From contig JBGQHJ010000097.1 of NCBI GenBank assembly GCA_041497895.1, forward strand, positions 1-18,936: DNA of 18,936 nt, read 5' to 3'. The stretch comes from Candidatus Methylomirabilia bacterium (GTDB lineage: Bacteria; Methylomirabilota; Methylomirabilia; Rokubacteriales; CSP1-6). Position numbers and translations under genes: made by a program. Below, piece by piece: positions 8,008 to 16,481 of the stretch. Below the pieces are notes generated by a model. The model made no database searches. It was not told the DNA's origin and saw nothing but the letters and a program-made list of their open reading frames with translations. The first letter of the stretch is position 1. Every line of letters starts with the position of its first letter.

Positions 8008-8535
8008 TCACCGCCGTACCTCACGCAGCACGTGCCCCAGCTCGGGCAGGATGAGCTTGTCCAGCGCAAGCCGGCACGCGTTGGGCGAGCCGGGCAGCGA
8101 GAAGAGCGCCCGCCCCTGCACCACGCCGCCCTGGGCACGGGAGAGCATGGCGGCCGCGCCCACCTCGGCGTAGGAGAGCATGCGGAAGAGCTCGCCGAAC
8201 CCGGTGAGTCGCTTGTCCAGCAGCGCCTCCACCGCCTCGAAGGTCGAGTCGCGCGAGGTGACGCCGGTGCCGCCGGTGAGGATGAACGCCTCGACGGCGG
8301 GATCTCCGCAGCCTTTACGGATCACCGCGGCGACCTGGGTCGGCTCGTCCCGCACGATGGCGTGGCCGACCACGGTGTGCCCGGCCCCGGTGAGCCGCTC
8401 GCGGATGAGAGCGCCGCTCGTGTCGGTCTCGGACGTCTTGGAGTCCGAGATGGTCAGCACGAAGCAGCCGATGGCGCGCGGCGCGGTGGCCTTGTGCTCC
8501 TGGGGGACGCGGTCGGTGGCGCCCGGATCGCTCAC
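8008..8535 (-). CDS. moaB: Molybdopterin adenylyltransferase-like protein, MoaB/Mog family
   Basis: VLTISD...DTSG, IVRDE, TGGTGVTSRDST, GFGELFRMLS, AAMLSRA and LPGSPNA motifs; GTG start overlaps the Rieske stop (GTGA). Confidence 0.9.
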   Translation of the reverse strand: MSDPGATDRVPQEHKATAPRAIGCFVLTISDSKTSETDTSGALIRERLTGAGHTVVGHAIVRDEPTQVAAVIRKGCGDPAVEAFILTGGTGVTSRDSTFEAVEALLDKRLTGFGELFRMLSYAEVGAAAMLSRAQGGVVQGRALFSLPGSPNACRLALDKLILPELGHVLREVRR

Positions 8536-8840
8536 TCGATCTCCTCGAGATAGATCACGCCGTCCTCCACCGTGGCGGCATAGCGCGGGACGTCCTCGCC
8601 GGGCACCGTCATGCAGGCGCCGGAGCGCACGTCGAACTCCCAGCCGTGCAGGGGGCAGACCACGATGTCGCCCTCGACCCAGCCGTCGCAGAGGCTGCCG
8701 CCCTGATGCGGGCACTCGTTGCCGATGGCCAGGACCTCGTCGCCGCGGCGGAACACCGCGACGTCCCGGCCGTCGACGCCCACCAGCGTGGCCTTGCCGG
8801 CGGGCAGGTCGGTGACGTCGAGCACCTTCACGCGGGGCAT
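8532..8840 (-). CDS. Rieske [2Fe-2S] ferredoxin (NirD/dioxygenase ferredoxin-like)
   Basis: CPHQG...CPLHGWEFD Rieske motifs; 102 aa. Confidence 0.92.
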   Translation of the reverse strand: MPRVKVLDVTDLPAGKATLVGVDGRDVAVFRRGDEVLAIGNECPHQGGSLCDGWVEGDIVVCPLHGWEFDVRSGACMTVPGEDVPRYAATVEDGVIYLEEIE

Positions 8841-8853
8841 TCCAGAATCCCCC

Positions 8854-10182
8854 TCACCCTCTGGGGCCCCCGTAAGCCTCGTCCAGCAGCTCCACGATGT
8901 GGAGCACCTGCACCGGCGAGCCCTTGGCCGCGAGCCCCTGCGCGATCTGGATGATGCACCCGGGATTGGCGGTGACCACCGCGTCCGCGCCGGTGGCCTG
9001 TACGTGGGCGACCTTCCGCTCCTGCAGCCGGGTGGCCATCTCCGGCTGGGTCAGGTTGTACGTCCCGGCCGAGCCGCAGCACCAGTCGGCCTCCTGGAGC
9101 TCCACCACGCGCAGCCCGGGAATCTGGGCCAGGAGCGCGCGGGGCTGGGAGCGGATCTTCTGGCCGTGCACGACATGACAGGGATCGTGATAGGTGACGG
9201 TGCGCGGGACCGGCCGCAGCGGACCGCGTAGCGGGCGCTCGGCGAGAATCTCCGAGACGTCGCGCACGCGCGCCGCGAAGCGCGCGGCGCGGTCGCGCCA
9301 CGCAGGATCGTCGGCCAGCAGCGTGCCGTACGACTTCATGTGCGCGCCGCAGCCCGAGGTGTTGACCACCACCTGCTCGACCTGGGCACGCTCGAAGGCT
9401 TCGATGGTGCGCCGGGCCAGCGCGAGCGCGGTGGCGTGCTCCCCCGCGTGCGCGTGCAGCGCCCCGCAGCAGGCCTGCGCGCGCGGGGCGATCACCTCGA
9501 GGCCGTTGCGCGCCAGGACCCGCGCGGTCGCGCGGTTGTGGGGGCCGAAGACCGCCTGCTGGATGCAGCCGGTGAGCAGGCCCACCCGCCCGCGCCGCGC
9601 GCCCTGGGCCGGCGTCACCTCGGGCAGCGGCGCGCGGTCCGCCGCGGGGGGCAGAACGGGCAGGAGCGGCTCCCAGTGCCGGAGCGACACAGGCAGAATC
9701 CCGAGCAGGCCAGAGCCGCGCACCAGGCGTTGGAGACCGCTCGCCTGGTAGAAGCGAAGACCTGCCGCGGCCAGCCGCAAGAGCCGCGGGCTCGGGAGCA
9801 GCAACGAGAAGTTCACCCAGCGGAAGAGCCGGCGCAGCGGGCCGCCGGGGCGCTGGCGCTCGATCTCCGCGCGCGCCGTCTCGATGAGCTGGCCGTAGGG
9901 CACGCCGGAGGGGCAGACCGTCTCGCAGGCGCGGCAGCCGAGGCAGAGATCGAGGTGCGCGGTCACCGAGTCGGTCAGCGCGATGCGCCCCTCGGCCAGC
10001 GACTTGATCAAGAGAATGCGCCCGCGAGGGGAGTCCATCTCGGTGCCCAGCTCGGAGAACGTCGGGCAGTAGGCCAGGCAGAGTCCGCAGTGCACGCAGC
10101 GATCGACGCCCTCCACGCTCTGCCCGTGCAGCGCGAGCGGGGCGCGGGGTGCCTGGTCGGTGGTCGTCGGGGCGTGTGCCAT
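8854..10182 (-). CDS. glcF: Glycolate oxidase iron-sulfur subunit (GlcF-like)
   Basis: Two 4Fe-4S motifs (CVHCGLCLAYCP, CLGCRACETVCP) and two CCG domains (CCGALH, YHDPCH...CCGSAG); downstream of glcD/glcE. Confidence 0.9.
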   Translation of the reverse strand: MAHAPTTTDQAPRAPLALHGQSVEGVDRCVHCGLCLAYCPTFSELGTEMDSPRGRILLIKSLAEGRIALTDSVTAHLDLCLGCRACETVCPSGVPYGQLIETARAEIERQRPGGPLRRLFRWVNFSLLLPSPRLLRLAAAGLRFYQASGLQRLVRGSGLLGILPVSLRHWEPLLPVLPPAADRAPLPEVTPAQGARRGRVGLLTGCIQQAVFGPHNRATARVLARNGLEVIAPRAQACCGALHAHAGEHATALALARRTIEAFERAQVEQVVVNTSGCGAHMKSYGTLLADDPAWRDRAARFAARVRDVSEILAERPLRGPLRPVPRTVTYHDPCHVVHGQKIRSQPRALLAQIPGLRVVELQEADWCCGSAGTYNLTQPEMATRLQERKVAHVQATGADAVVTANPGCIIQIAQGLAAKGSPVQVLHIVELLDEAYGGPRG

Positions 10183-10186
10183 CGGG

Positions 10187-11506
10187 TCAGATGCCTCCCA
10201 CGAAGCGGCCCGGGTTCAGGAGCCCGCCCGGATCGAGGCGCTCCTTGATGCCCTTCATGAGACGCAGCGTCGGCCCGGGCGCGTCCCACACCGCCACCCG
10301 CTCCTTCACCGCGAGCGGCGCCCACTCCACCATCGCGTGGCCGCCCACACCGTTGGCGAGCGCCCGCCACTCGGTGAGCGTGGCCACCACCGCGCCCGGA
10401 GCCGCGCCGCCCGACAGGATGGCGGTGACGAGGCCCATGCCCGCGTGCGCGGCTATCGCCGCGCCGAGCCCGTTGCGCTGGGCGGCGGCCGCCCCCGCGT
10501 CCATCAGGTCGGCCAGCTGGGTGGGCAGCACCGCCCACTTCATCACCGCCGCCACTCCATCGTGACCGGGTCGGCCGAGGCCGCCGAGCGCGCGCCAGGT
10601 CTCGTCACGCTCGGGCCCATCGAGCACGCGGGTGCCGCCCAGGCCCAGGGGGGCGAGCAGGCGATCGAGCTCCGCCACCTCCCACTCCACCTGCGGCGCG
10701 ATGCCGTCGAGGCCGAGGAGGAGCGCGGCGCCGCCGCCGTGGCCGAGCCGGCGCAGCGTCTCCCCATCGACGAGCTCGAGCGCGGAGGGAATCAGGTCGG
10801 AGCCGAGCACCGCGCGCGCGCCCTGGCCCGCATCCTTCAGGCGGCCGAAGCGTGCGATCACCAGCCGGTCGACGTCCGCGCGCGGCCGCAGCCTGAAGGT
10901 GGCCTCGACGAGGATCCCGAGCGTGCCGAAGGAGCCGATGTAGAGCTTCGGGAGATCGTAGCCGGCCACGTTCTTGACCACCTTGCCCCCGCCCCGTACC
11001 AGCCGACCGTCGGCCCCGACCACGGTGAGGCCGATCACCAGGTCGCGCGCGGTGCCGTAGAGATGCCGGCGCGGCCCCGAGGCGTCGCTGGCGAGGATGC
11101 CGCCCACGGTCGCCCGGTCGGAGGCGGCCGGATCGAGCGACAGCCACTGCCCGCGCTTGCCGAGCTCGGCCTGCAGCCGGTCGAACGGTACCCCGGCCTC
11201 GACGGTGACGGTGAGGTCTCCCGGCTCGTGCTCGAGGATGCGGTCGAGACGCTTGAGGCCCAGCACCATGCCGATGCGGTTCGGCGGCGAGCCGACCCAC
11301 ATCTTGGTCCCACCGCCCCACGGAGTGATCGGCACGCGATGCTCGACGGCCACCGCGAGGGCGGCCGCGACCTCTTCCCGGGTGCCCGGGAAAACCACCA
11401 CCTCCGGCGCGCGCCCCTCCACGACGTAGGGTGAGCACTCCACCCCGGTCAACACGTGAGGCGCGCCGACGATGCGGCGCAGCTGGTCGGGCAGAACTGA
11501 GGGCAC
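10187..11506 (-). CDS. glcE: Glycolate oxidase FAD-binding subunit (GlcE-like)
   Basis: GGGTK, EPGDLTVTVEAG, GPRRHLYG, GGKVVKNVAGYDL, GSFGTLG and C-terminal DPGGLLNPGR. Confidence 0.88.
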   Translation of the reverse strand: MPSVLPDQLRRIVGAPHVLTGVECSPYVVEGRAPEVVVFPGTREEVAAALAVAVEHRVPITPWGGGTKMWVGSPPNRIGMVLGLKRLDRILEHEPGDLTVTVEAGVPFDRLQAELGKRGQWLSLDPAASDRATVGGILASDASGPRRHLYGTARDLVIGLTVVGADGRLVRGGGKVVKNVAGYDLPKLYIGSFGTLGILVEATFRLRPRADVDRLVIARFGRLKDAGQGARAVLGSDLIPSALELVDGETLRRLGHGGGAALLLGLDGIAPQVEWEVAELDRLLAPLGLGGTRVLDGPERDETWRALGGLGRPGHDGVAAVMKWAVLPTQLADLMDAGAAAAQRNGLGAAIAAHAGMGLVTAILSGGAAPGAVVATLTEWRALANGVGGHAMVEWAPLAVKERVAVWDAPGPTLRLMKGIKERLDPGGLLNPGRFVGGI

Positions 11507-11527
11507 CGCGAGTCTCCGAAGGTCCCG

Positions 11528-13000
11528 CTAGAAGCGCTGGGCGAGCCCCTTCTCTTCGATCGGATGCGGACGGTAGGCCGGGCCGACCTCGACGCAGGCC
11601 TTGTTGCTCGGGAAGATCTTGCCGGGATTGCAGAGACCCGTGGGATTGAAGGCGTCCTTCACCTGGTGCATGCAGGCCAGATCCGCCTCCGAGAAGATGA
11701 ACGGCATGTAGTCGGCCTTCTCGAGGCCGATGCCGTGCTCTCCCGAGATGGACCCACCCACCTCCGCGCACACCTTCAGGATCTCGGCGCCCGCCGCCAC
11801 CACCCGCGCCTCCTCGCCCGGCTTGCGCGGATCGTAGAGGATGTTCGGATGGAGGTTGCCGTCGCCCGCGTGGAAGACGTTGCCCACGCGCAGGCCGTGG
11901 GCGGCCACGATCGCGTTCACGCGCCCCAGCACGTAGGGCAGCTTGGTCCGCGGGATCACGCCGTCCATCACCATGTAGGCGGGCGAGATGCGACCGTAGG
12001 CGCCGAAGGCCGACTTGCGGCCCTTCCAGAGGAGGGCGCGCTCGGCCTCGTCGCGCGCGGCGCGCACCTCGCGGGCGCCGCAGTCGCGGCACGCGGCGAC
12101 GACCCGCTCGGCCAGCGCCTCCATGCCGGCGGCGAGGCCGTCGAGCTCGATCAGCAGCGCCGCCGCCGCGTCGCGCGGGTAGCCGCAGCCGAACGCGTCC
12201 TCCACCGCCTCGATGGTGAGCTGGTCGATCATCTCCATCGCGGCGGGCACCAGCCCGCGCGCGATGATCGCGGAGACCGCCTCGGAGGCCTGGTCGACCT
12301 GATCGAAGACGGCCAACACGGTTTTTACCGCCTGGGGTTTCTTCAGGATGCGGACGACGATCTTGGTCGCGATGCCGAACGTGCCCTCCGAGCCCACGAA
12401 GAGGCCGACCAGGTCGTAGCCCTGCGCGTCGCGCGTCTTGCCGCCGAGCCACAGCAGCTCGCCGTCGGGCAGCACTACCTCGAGGCCCAGCACGTGGTTG
12501 GTCGTCACCCCGTACTTGAGCGTGTGCGGCCCGCCCGAGTTGTTGGCGATGTTGCCGCCGATCGTACACGCCTGCTGGCTCGAGGGGTCGGGGGCATAGT
12601 AGAAGCCCTGCGGGCCGACCGCCCAGGAGAGATGCAGGTTCACCAGCCCCGGCTCCACCACCGCCAGCTGGTTGTCGTAGTCGACCTCGAGCACGCGGTT
12701 CATCCGCATGAGCGAGATGACGAGACCACCCTCGGCGGGCAGGCAGCCCCCGGAGAGGCCGGTGCCGGCTCCGCGGGCCACGAACGGGATCCCCTCGCGG
12801 TTGGCCAGCTTCACCAGGGTCGAGACCTGCTCGGCGGTGCGCGGGAACACGACGAAGTCGGCCAGGGCCCGGAAGAGGGTGAGCCCGTCGGACTCGTAGA
12901 CCATCAGCTCGTCGGGATCGGAGAGCACACCGCCCGCGCCGAGCAGCGCCTCCATCTCGCGGCGGAGGGACTTCTTGCGGGCGTCGGTCAGGGGGGGCAC
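11528..13000 (-). CDS. glcD: Glycolate oxidase subunit GlcD (FAD-linked oxidase)
   Basis: RGAGTGLSGG, PDPSSQQACTIGGN, GSEGTFG, HAGDGNLHP, GEHGIG and NPGKIFP motifs. Confidence 0.92.
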   Translation of the reverse strand: MPPLTDARKKSLRREMEALLGAGGVLSDPDELMVYESDGLTLFRALADFVVFPRTAEQVSTLVKLANREGIPFVARGAGTGLSGGCLPAEGGLVISLMRMNRVLEVDYDNQLAVVEPGLVNLHLSWAVGPQGFYYAPDPSSQQACTIGGNIANNSGGPHTLKYGVTTNHVLGLEVVLPDGELLWLGGKTRDAQGYDLVGLFVGSEGTFGIATKIVVRILKKPQAVKTVLAVFDQVDQASEAVSAIIARGLVPAAMEMIDQLTIEAVEDAFGCGYPRDAAAALLIELDGLAAGMEALAERVVAACRDCGAREVRAARDEAERALLWKGRKSAFGAYGRISPAYMVMDGVIPRTKLPYVLGRVNAIVAAHGLRVGNVFHAGDGNLHPNILYDPRKPGEEARVVAAGAEILKVCAEVGGSISGEHGIGLEKADYMPFIFSEADLACMHQVKDAFNPTGLCNPGKIFPSNKACVEVGPAYRPHPIEEKGLAQRF

Positions 13001-13016
13001 GGAGGCGATTATAGCA
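13001..13016 (-). promoter_or_regulatory. Extended -10 promoter (TGnTATAAT), leaderless geometry, for the glc operon
   Basis: - strand TG-C-TATAAT (13016-13008), then 7 nt (CGCCTCC) to GTG at 13000; no SD. Confidence 0.7.
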
Positions 13017-13055
13017 TCGGCCCTGAGGTGGGCTCGGCGGGCCGTGGATGAGGAG

Positions 13056-13130
13056 TGGCTCCCCGAGCAGGACTCGAACCTGCAACCCTCCGGTTAACAG
13101 CCGGATGCTCTACCATTGAGCTATCGGGGA
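13056..13130 (-). tRNA. tRNA-Asn (anticodon GTT)
   Basis: TCCCCGATAGCTCAATGGTAGAGCATCCGG-CT-GTT-AA-CCGGAGGGTTGCAGGTTCGAGTCCTGCTCGGGGAGCCA. Confidence 0.97.
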
Positions 13131-13191
13131 ATCCCGAAGGGAACCGTCCGAATCCAGTTCTACCACACGGGCGGACGCCCGCCAAGCATCG

Positions 13192-13794
13192 CTACCCCAT
13201 CTCCCGCCGACCTTCCATGGCCTTGGAGAGCGTCACCTCGTCGGCGTACTCGAGGTCGCCGCCCACCGGGAGTCCCCGGGCGATGCGGGTGATCCGCATG
13301 CCGAGTGGCTTCAGGAGCCGGGCGAGGTAGATCGCGGTGGCCTCGCCCTCCACGCTCGGGTTGGTGGCCAGGATCACTTCCTCGACGTGGTCGTTGTCGA
13401 GCCGGGCCAGGAGCTCGCGCACCCGCAGATCCTCGGGCCCGATGCCGTCGAGCGGGGAGAGCGCGCCCAGCAGCACGTGGTAGCGCCCGCGGAACTCGCC
13501 GGTGCGCTCAAGCGCGAGCAGGTCGTTGGGCTCCTCCACCACGCAGAGCATCCGCTGCTCGCGCTGCGGATCGGTGCAGATCCGACACGGATCCTGCTCG
13601 GTGACGTTGAAGCAGACCGAGCAGTGCACGATGCGCTGCTTGAGCTGGGTGAGCGCCTCGCCGAGCGCGGCCACCTCGGGCGCCGGCCGCTTGAGGAGAA
13701 AGAAGGTGAGCCGCTGGGCGGTCTTGGGCCCGATGCCGGGCAGGCGCTGGAGCGCGTCGATGAGGCGCGCCACCGGCTCCGGGTAGTAGGCCAT
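13192..13794 (-). CDS. recR: Recombination mediator RecR
   Basis: LPGIGPKTAQRL HhH motif, C4 zinc finger (CSVC...CRIC), Toprim domain (EVILATNPSVEGEATA, RIARGLPVGGDLEYADE). Confidence 0.97.
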   Translation of the reverse strand: MAYYPEPVARLIDALQRLPGIGPKTAQRLTFFLLKRPAPEVAALGEALTQLKQRIVHCSVCFNVTEQDPCRICTDPQREQRMLCVVEEPNDLLALERTGEFRGRYHVLLGALSPLDGIGPEDLRVRELLARLDNDHVEEVILATNPSVEGEATAIYLARLLKPLGMRITRIARGLPVGGDLEYADEVTLSKAMEGRREMG

Positions 13795-14108
13795 TACATC
13801 CCGAGCCCGGGGAGCTTGAGCCCCGCGGTGATCTTGCTCATCTCCCCCTGCACCATCTCCTTCGACTTGCGCAGCGCCTCGTTGGTGGCGGCGAGCACCA
13901 GGTCCTCGAGCATCTGCGCGTCCTCGGGATTGATGACCTCGCGGTCGATCTTGATCGACACCACCTCCTGCTTGCCGTTGGCCACCACCGTGACCATGCC
14001 GCCGCCCGCGGTGGCCTCCACCGTCTTCTTGCCCGCCTCCGCCTGGAGCTGCTCCATCTGGGCCTGGAGCTTCTGCGCCTCCTTCATGATGTTGCCGAAG
14101 CCTTTCAC
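13794..14108 (-). CDS. ybaB: Nucleoid-associated protein YbaB/EbfC
   Basis: GTG start overlapping the dnaX stop (GTGA); MKEAQKLQ...EATAGGGMVTV...EDAQMLEDLVLAA; located between dnaX and recR. Confidence 0.95.
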   Translation of the reverse strand: MKGFGNIMKEAQKLQAQMEQLQAEAGKKTVEATAGGGMVTVVANGKQEVVSIKIDREVINPEDAQMLEDLVLAATNEALRKSKEMVQGEMSKITAGLKLPGLGM

Positions 14109-15886
14109 CGTGACTCTCCTTCCTCCGGGGTCCGGGGTCGCACTGCGACCACCTCCCCCTGGAATGCGCTCAGCGCCGCCTGCACCGCCGGGTGGTTCCG
14201 CGCCCCTCCGCCGCCGGCCGGCGCGCCGCCATTGGGATCCAGTTCGAACCGGCGCGCGGCCGTCACGTGACGCTGCACGGCCTCGTTGATCAGCTCCTTG
14301 TTGCCGCGGTCGTTCAGCATCTCGCGGTGGAAGGCGCTCGCCTGCAGCGCGAGCGTGAGCACGCCGTCCTCCACGCGCAGCGGTATCGCGTGCTGCAGCA
14401 CCGAGCCCAGGAGGGCCTTGCGCTTCATCACGTCGGTGACCACGCGCTCCCACGCCGCGTCAAGGCCAGCCGGCGCGGCCGGCCCCGCCTCGGTCGTCTC
14501 GATGTCGGCGGCCGCGGTCTCGACCAGCGGCTCCTCCTCGATCGGTCGCGGGCTCCGGGCCGCCACCGCGGGCGCAGGCATGGCCGCGGCCGGCATGGCC
14601 GGGCTGGCCTTCACCGGGGCCGGCGGCGCGGAAGCCTGGACGCGCGGCGGCGGCGAGCCGGCGACCGGGCGCTCGTCGAGCAAGGTCTCCTGCACCACGA
14701 TCGGCCGCGCCGGCCCGGCCCCGCCCGCTGTGACGGGCATCTGCCGCAGCCGGGTCTCCGCCTCCTCGAGCTTCGTGATCAGCGTCTCGATGGCCTGCGG
14801 CTGCGGGCGCTGTGTCGCGCGCACCGCCGCGATCTCGAGCTCCACCCGCGGGTGGGGCGAGCGACGCATCTCGCCGTCGGCGTCGAGGAAGGCGCGCAGC
14901 ACGTAGATCAGCTCGTCGGCGCTCACCGGCTCCGCGGCCGCGCGCAGGTCCGCGGCCTCGGCCGGGGTGAGATCGGCGAAGGGCGCGCCGGTGGCGACCT
15001 TCAGCACCAGGAGCCGCCGGGCCATCTCGATGGCCTCGCGGCAGAGCGCGCCCAGATCCTCGCCACCGGTGGCCGCGCGGTCGATCGCCTCGAGGGCCGC
15101 GGCCCCGTCGCGAGCGAGCAGCGCGCCCACGAACCCGCGCACGTGCACCGGCGAGGAGGAGCCGAGGAGCCGGGCCACCCCCGCCTCGTCGAGCTTGCCC
15201 TCCCCGTAGGCGATCGCGGTGTCGAGCAGCGAGAGCGCGTCGCGCAGGCTCCCCTCGGCGGCCCGGATCAGCACCGGCAGCGCGCCCGGCTCGAACGGCA
15301 CACCCTCCTGCTGGAGGATGCGGGTGAGGCTCTCGGTCAGCTGCTCGGGCGTGATCGGCCGGAAGTCGAAGCGCTGGCAGCGCGACAGTACGGTGGCCGG
15401 GATCTTCTTCGGGTCGGTGGTGGCCAGGACGAACACCACGTGCGCGGGCGGCTCCTCGAGGGTCTTGAGGAACGCGTTGAAAGCCGCGCCGGAGAGCATG
15501 TGGACCTCGTCCACTATGTAGACCTTGAAGCGTCCGCGGGCGGGGGCGTACTTCACGTTCTCGCGGAGCGTCCGGATGTCGTCCACGCTCGTGTTGGAGG
15601 CCGCGTCGATCTCCATCACGTCGACCGGCGCACCCGAGGCGAAGTCCTGGCACGACGGGCAGGCGCCGCAGGCCTCGGGGCCGGTGCGCGCGGTGCACGC
15701 GAGCGCCTTGGCGAGCAGCCGCGCGGTGGTGGTCTTCCCGACGCCGCGCGGACCGGTGAAAAGATAGGCATGAGCCACCCGGCCCGAGCTGAGCGCGTTG
15801 CGCAGCGTGCGGGTGACCGGGTCCTGCCCCACGACCGCGTCGAAGACCTGCGGTCGCCACTTCCGTGCCAGGACCTGATACGTCAA
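14105..15886 (-). CDS. dnaX: DNA polymerase III subunit gamma/tau
   Basis: YQVLARKWRP, Walker A GPRGVGKTT, zinc motif, DEVHML, KTLEEPP, SRCQRF. TTG start at 15886 is preferred because homology begins there; the ATG at 15916 lies inside the SRP RNA. Confidence 0.96.
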   Translation of the reverse strand: MTYQVLARKWRPQVFDAVVGQDPVTRTLRNALSSGRVAHAYLFTGPRGVGKTTTARLLAKALACTARTGPEACGACPSCQDFASGAPVDVMEIDAASNTSVDDIRTLRENVKYAPARGRFKVYIVDEVHMLSGAAFNAFLKTLEEPPAHVVFVLATTDPKKIPATVLSRCQRFDFRPITPEQLTESLTRILQQEGVPFEPGALPVLIRAAEGSLRDALSLLDTAIAYGEGKLDEAGVARLLGSSSPVHVRGFVGALLARDGAAALEAIDRAATGGEDLGALCREAIEMARRLLVLKVATGAPFADLTPAEAADLRAAAEPVSADELIYVLRAFLDADGEMRRSPHPRVELEIAAVRATQRPQPQAIETLITKLEEAETRLRQMPVTAGGAGPARPIVVQETLLDERPVAGSPPPRVQASAPPAPVKASPAMPAAAMPAPAVAARSPRPIEEEPLVETAAADIETTEAGPAAPAGLDAAWERVVTDVMKRKALLGSVLQHAIPLRVEDGVLTLALQASAFHREMLNDRGNKELINEAVQRHVTAARRFELDPNGGAPAGGGGARNHPAVQAALSAFQGEVVAVRPRTPEEGESR

Positions 15887-15887
15887 A

Positions 15888-16156
15888 GACCGTGCACCCT
15901 CAATCGAACCGACCATCCCGCGATCGCCGCACGAAACCTGCTCCGGTCAGGTACTCCCACGGCACACGGGAGGAGCGCCTTACCGTTGCTCCCTTCCGGG
16001 CCTGGCGGGGTTCGACACATCCCGTTGCGTGGGGCCCAACCCTCAACGCCGTCCCGTACGGCTCATTCGACACGACCGGCCCTCGAGAGGGAATTCAACC
16101 CCGCTGTAGCGGATTGCGGGTTACAGGGCACCGCTACCTCCCCGTCTAGCACGGCC
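15888..16156 (-). ncRNA. ffs: Signal recognition particle RNA, large bacterial type with Alu domain
   Basis: 5' GGCCGTGC pairs with 3' GCACGGTC; Alu domain GGGGAGGTAGCGGTGCCCTGT...CCGCTA with complementary loops TAGCGG/CCGCTA; helix 8 CCAGGCCCGGAAGGGAGCA (GGAA tetraloop 15997-15994); about 269 nt; upstream of dnaX. Confidence 0.93.
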
Positions 16157-16165
16157 AACCTGCGT

Positions 16166-16233
16166 CGGTTGTCGATAAGGGGCCATCTGCTTCGTTGGCG
16201 CCCGCCTCGCAGCTGACCCCTTCTCGCCAACCG
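16166..16233. repeat. Long imperfect palindrome (about 25-bp stem) between tRNA-Ser and SRP RNA
   Basis: cggttgtcgataaggggccatctgc - 18-nt loop - gcagctgaccccttctcgccaaccg; 21 of 25 positions Watson-Crick. Confidence 0.75.
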
Positions 16234-16262
16234 GCAAAGTCATCGGGTCCTTCCTTGAGAAA

Positions 16263-16352
16263 TGGCGGAGGGGGTGGGATTCGAACCCACGGTACAGTTG
16301 CCCGTACACGGCATTTCCAGTGCCGCACCTTCGGCCACTCGGCCACCCCTCC
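16263..16352 (-). tRNA. tRNA-Ser (anticodon GGA)
   Basis: GGAGGGGTGGCCGAGTGG...CT-GGA-AA, long variable arm, GGTTCGAATCC, G73 and CCA. Confidence 0.97.
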
Positions 16353-16389
16353 GCGTCACTATCGGGCACTCCTGAAGGTGCGATCAAAT

Positions 16390-16481
16390 TGGCGGAGGGG
16401 AGAGGATTTGAACCCCCGAGGGACTTGCGCCCCTATCCGATTTCGAGTCGGACGCCTTCAACCGGGCTCGGCCACCCCTCC
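16390..16481 (-). tRNA. tRNA-Ser (anticodon CGA)
   Basis: GGAGGGGTGGCCGAGCCCGG...CT-CGA-AA, long variable arm, GGTTCAAATCC, G73 and CCA. Confidence 0.96.

Noticed and set aside
8532..8840. Calling the Rieske protein nirD
   Set aside because: No nirB or dioxygenase is nearby, so it is kept as a generic Rieske ferredoxin.
13157..13185. Promoter for tRNA-Asn (TTGGCG-17-TAGAAC)
   Set aside because: Spacing is right but the -10 lacks the conserved final T; too weak to list as a feature.
14105..15886. Programmed frameshift or slippage site in dnaX producing gamma
   Set aside because: No A-AAA-AAG heptamer or poly-A run was seen; the linker is only Pro/Ala-rich.
389..16216. Many long antisense or alternate-frame ORFs (e.g. 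1270..2763, 4360..5994, 4403..6544, 10605..13085, 11564..13051, 14192..16216)
   Set aside because: Arg/Ala/Gly/Pro-rich shadows of well-supported genes, expected when stop codons are scarce in high-GC DNA. No family motifs, except the last ~90 codons of 4403..6544, which are reported as a pseudogene.
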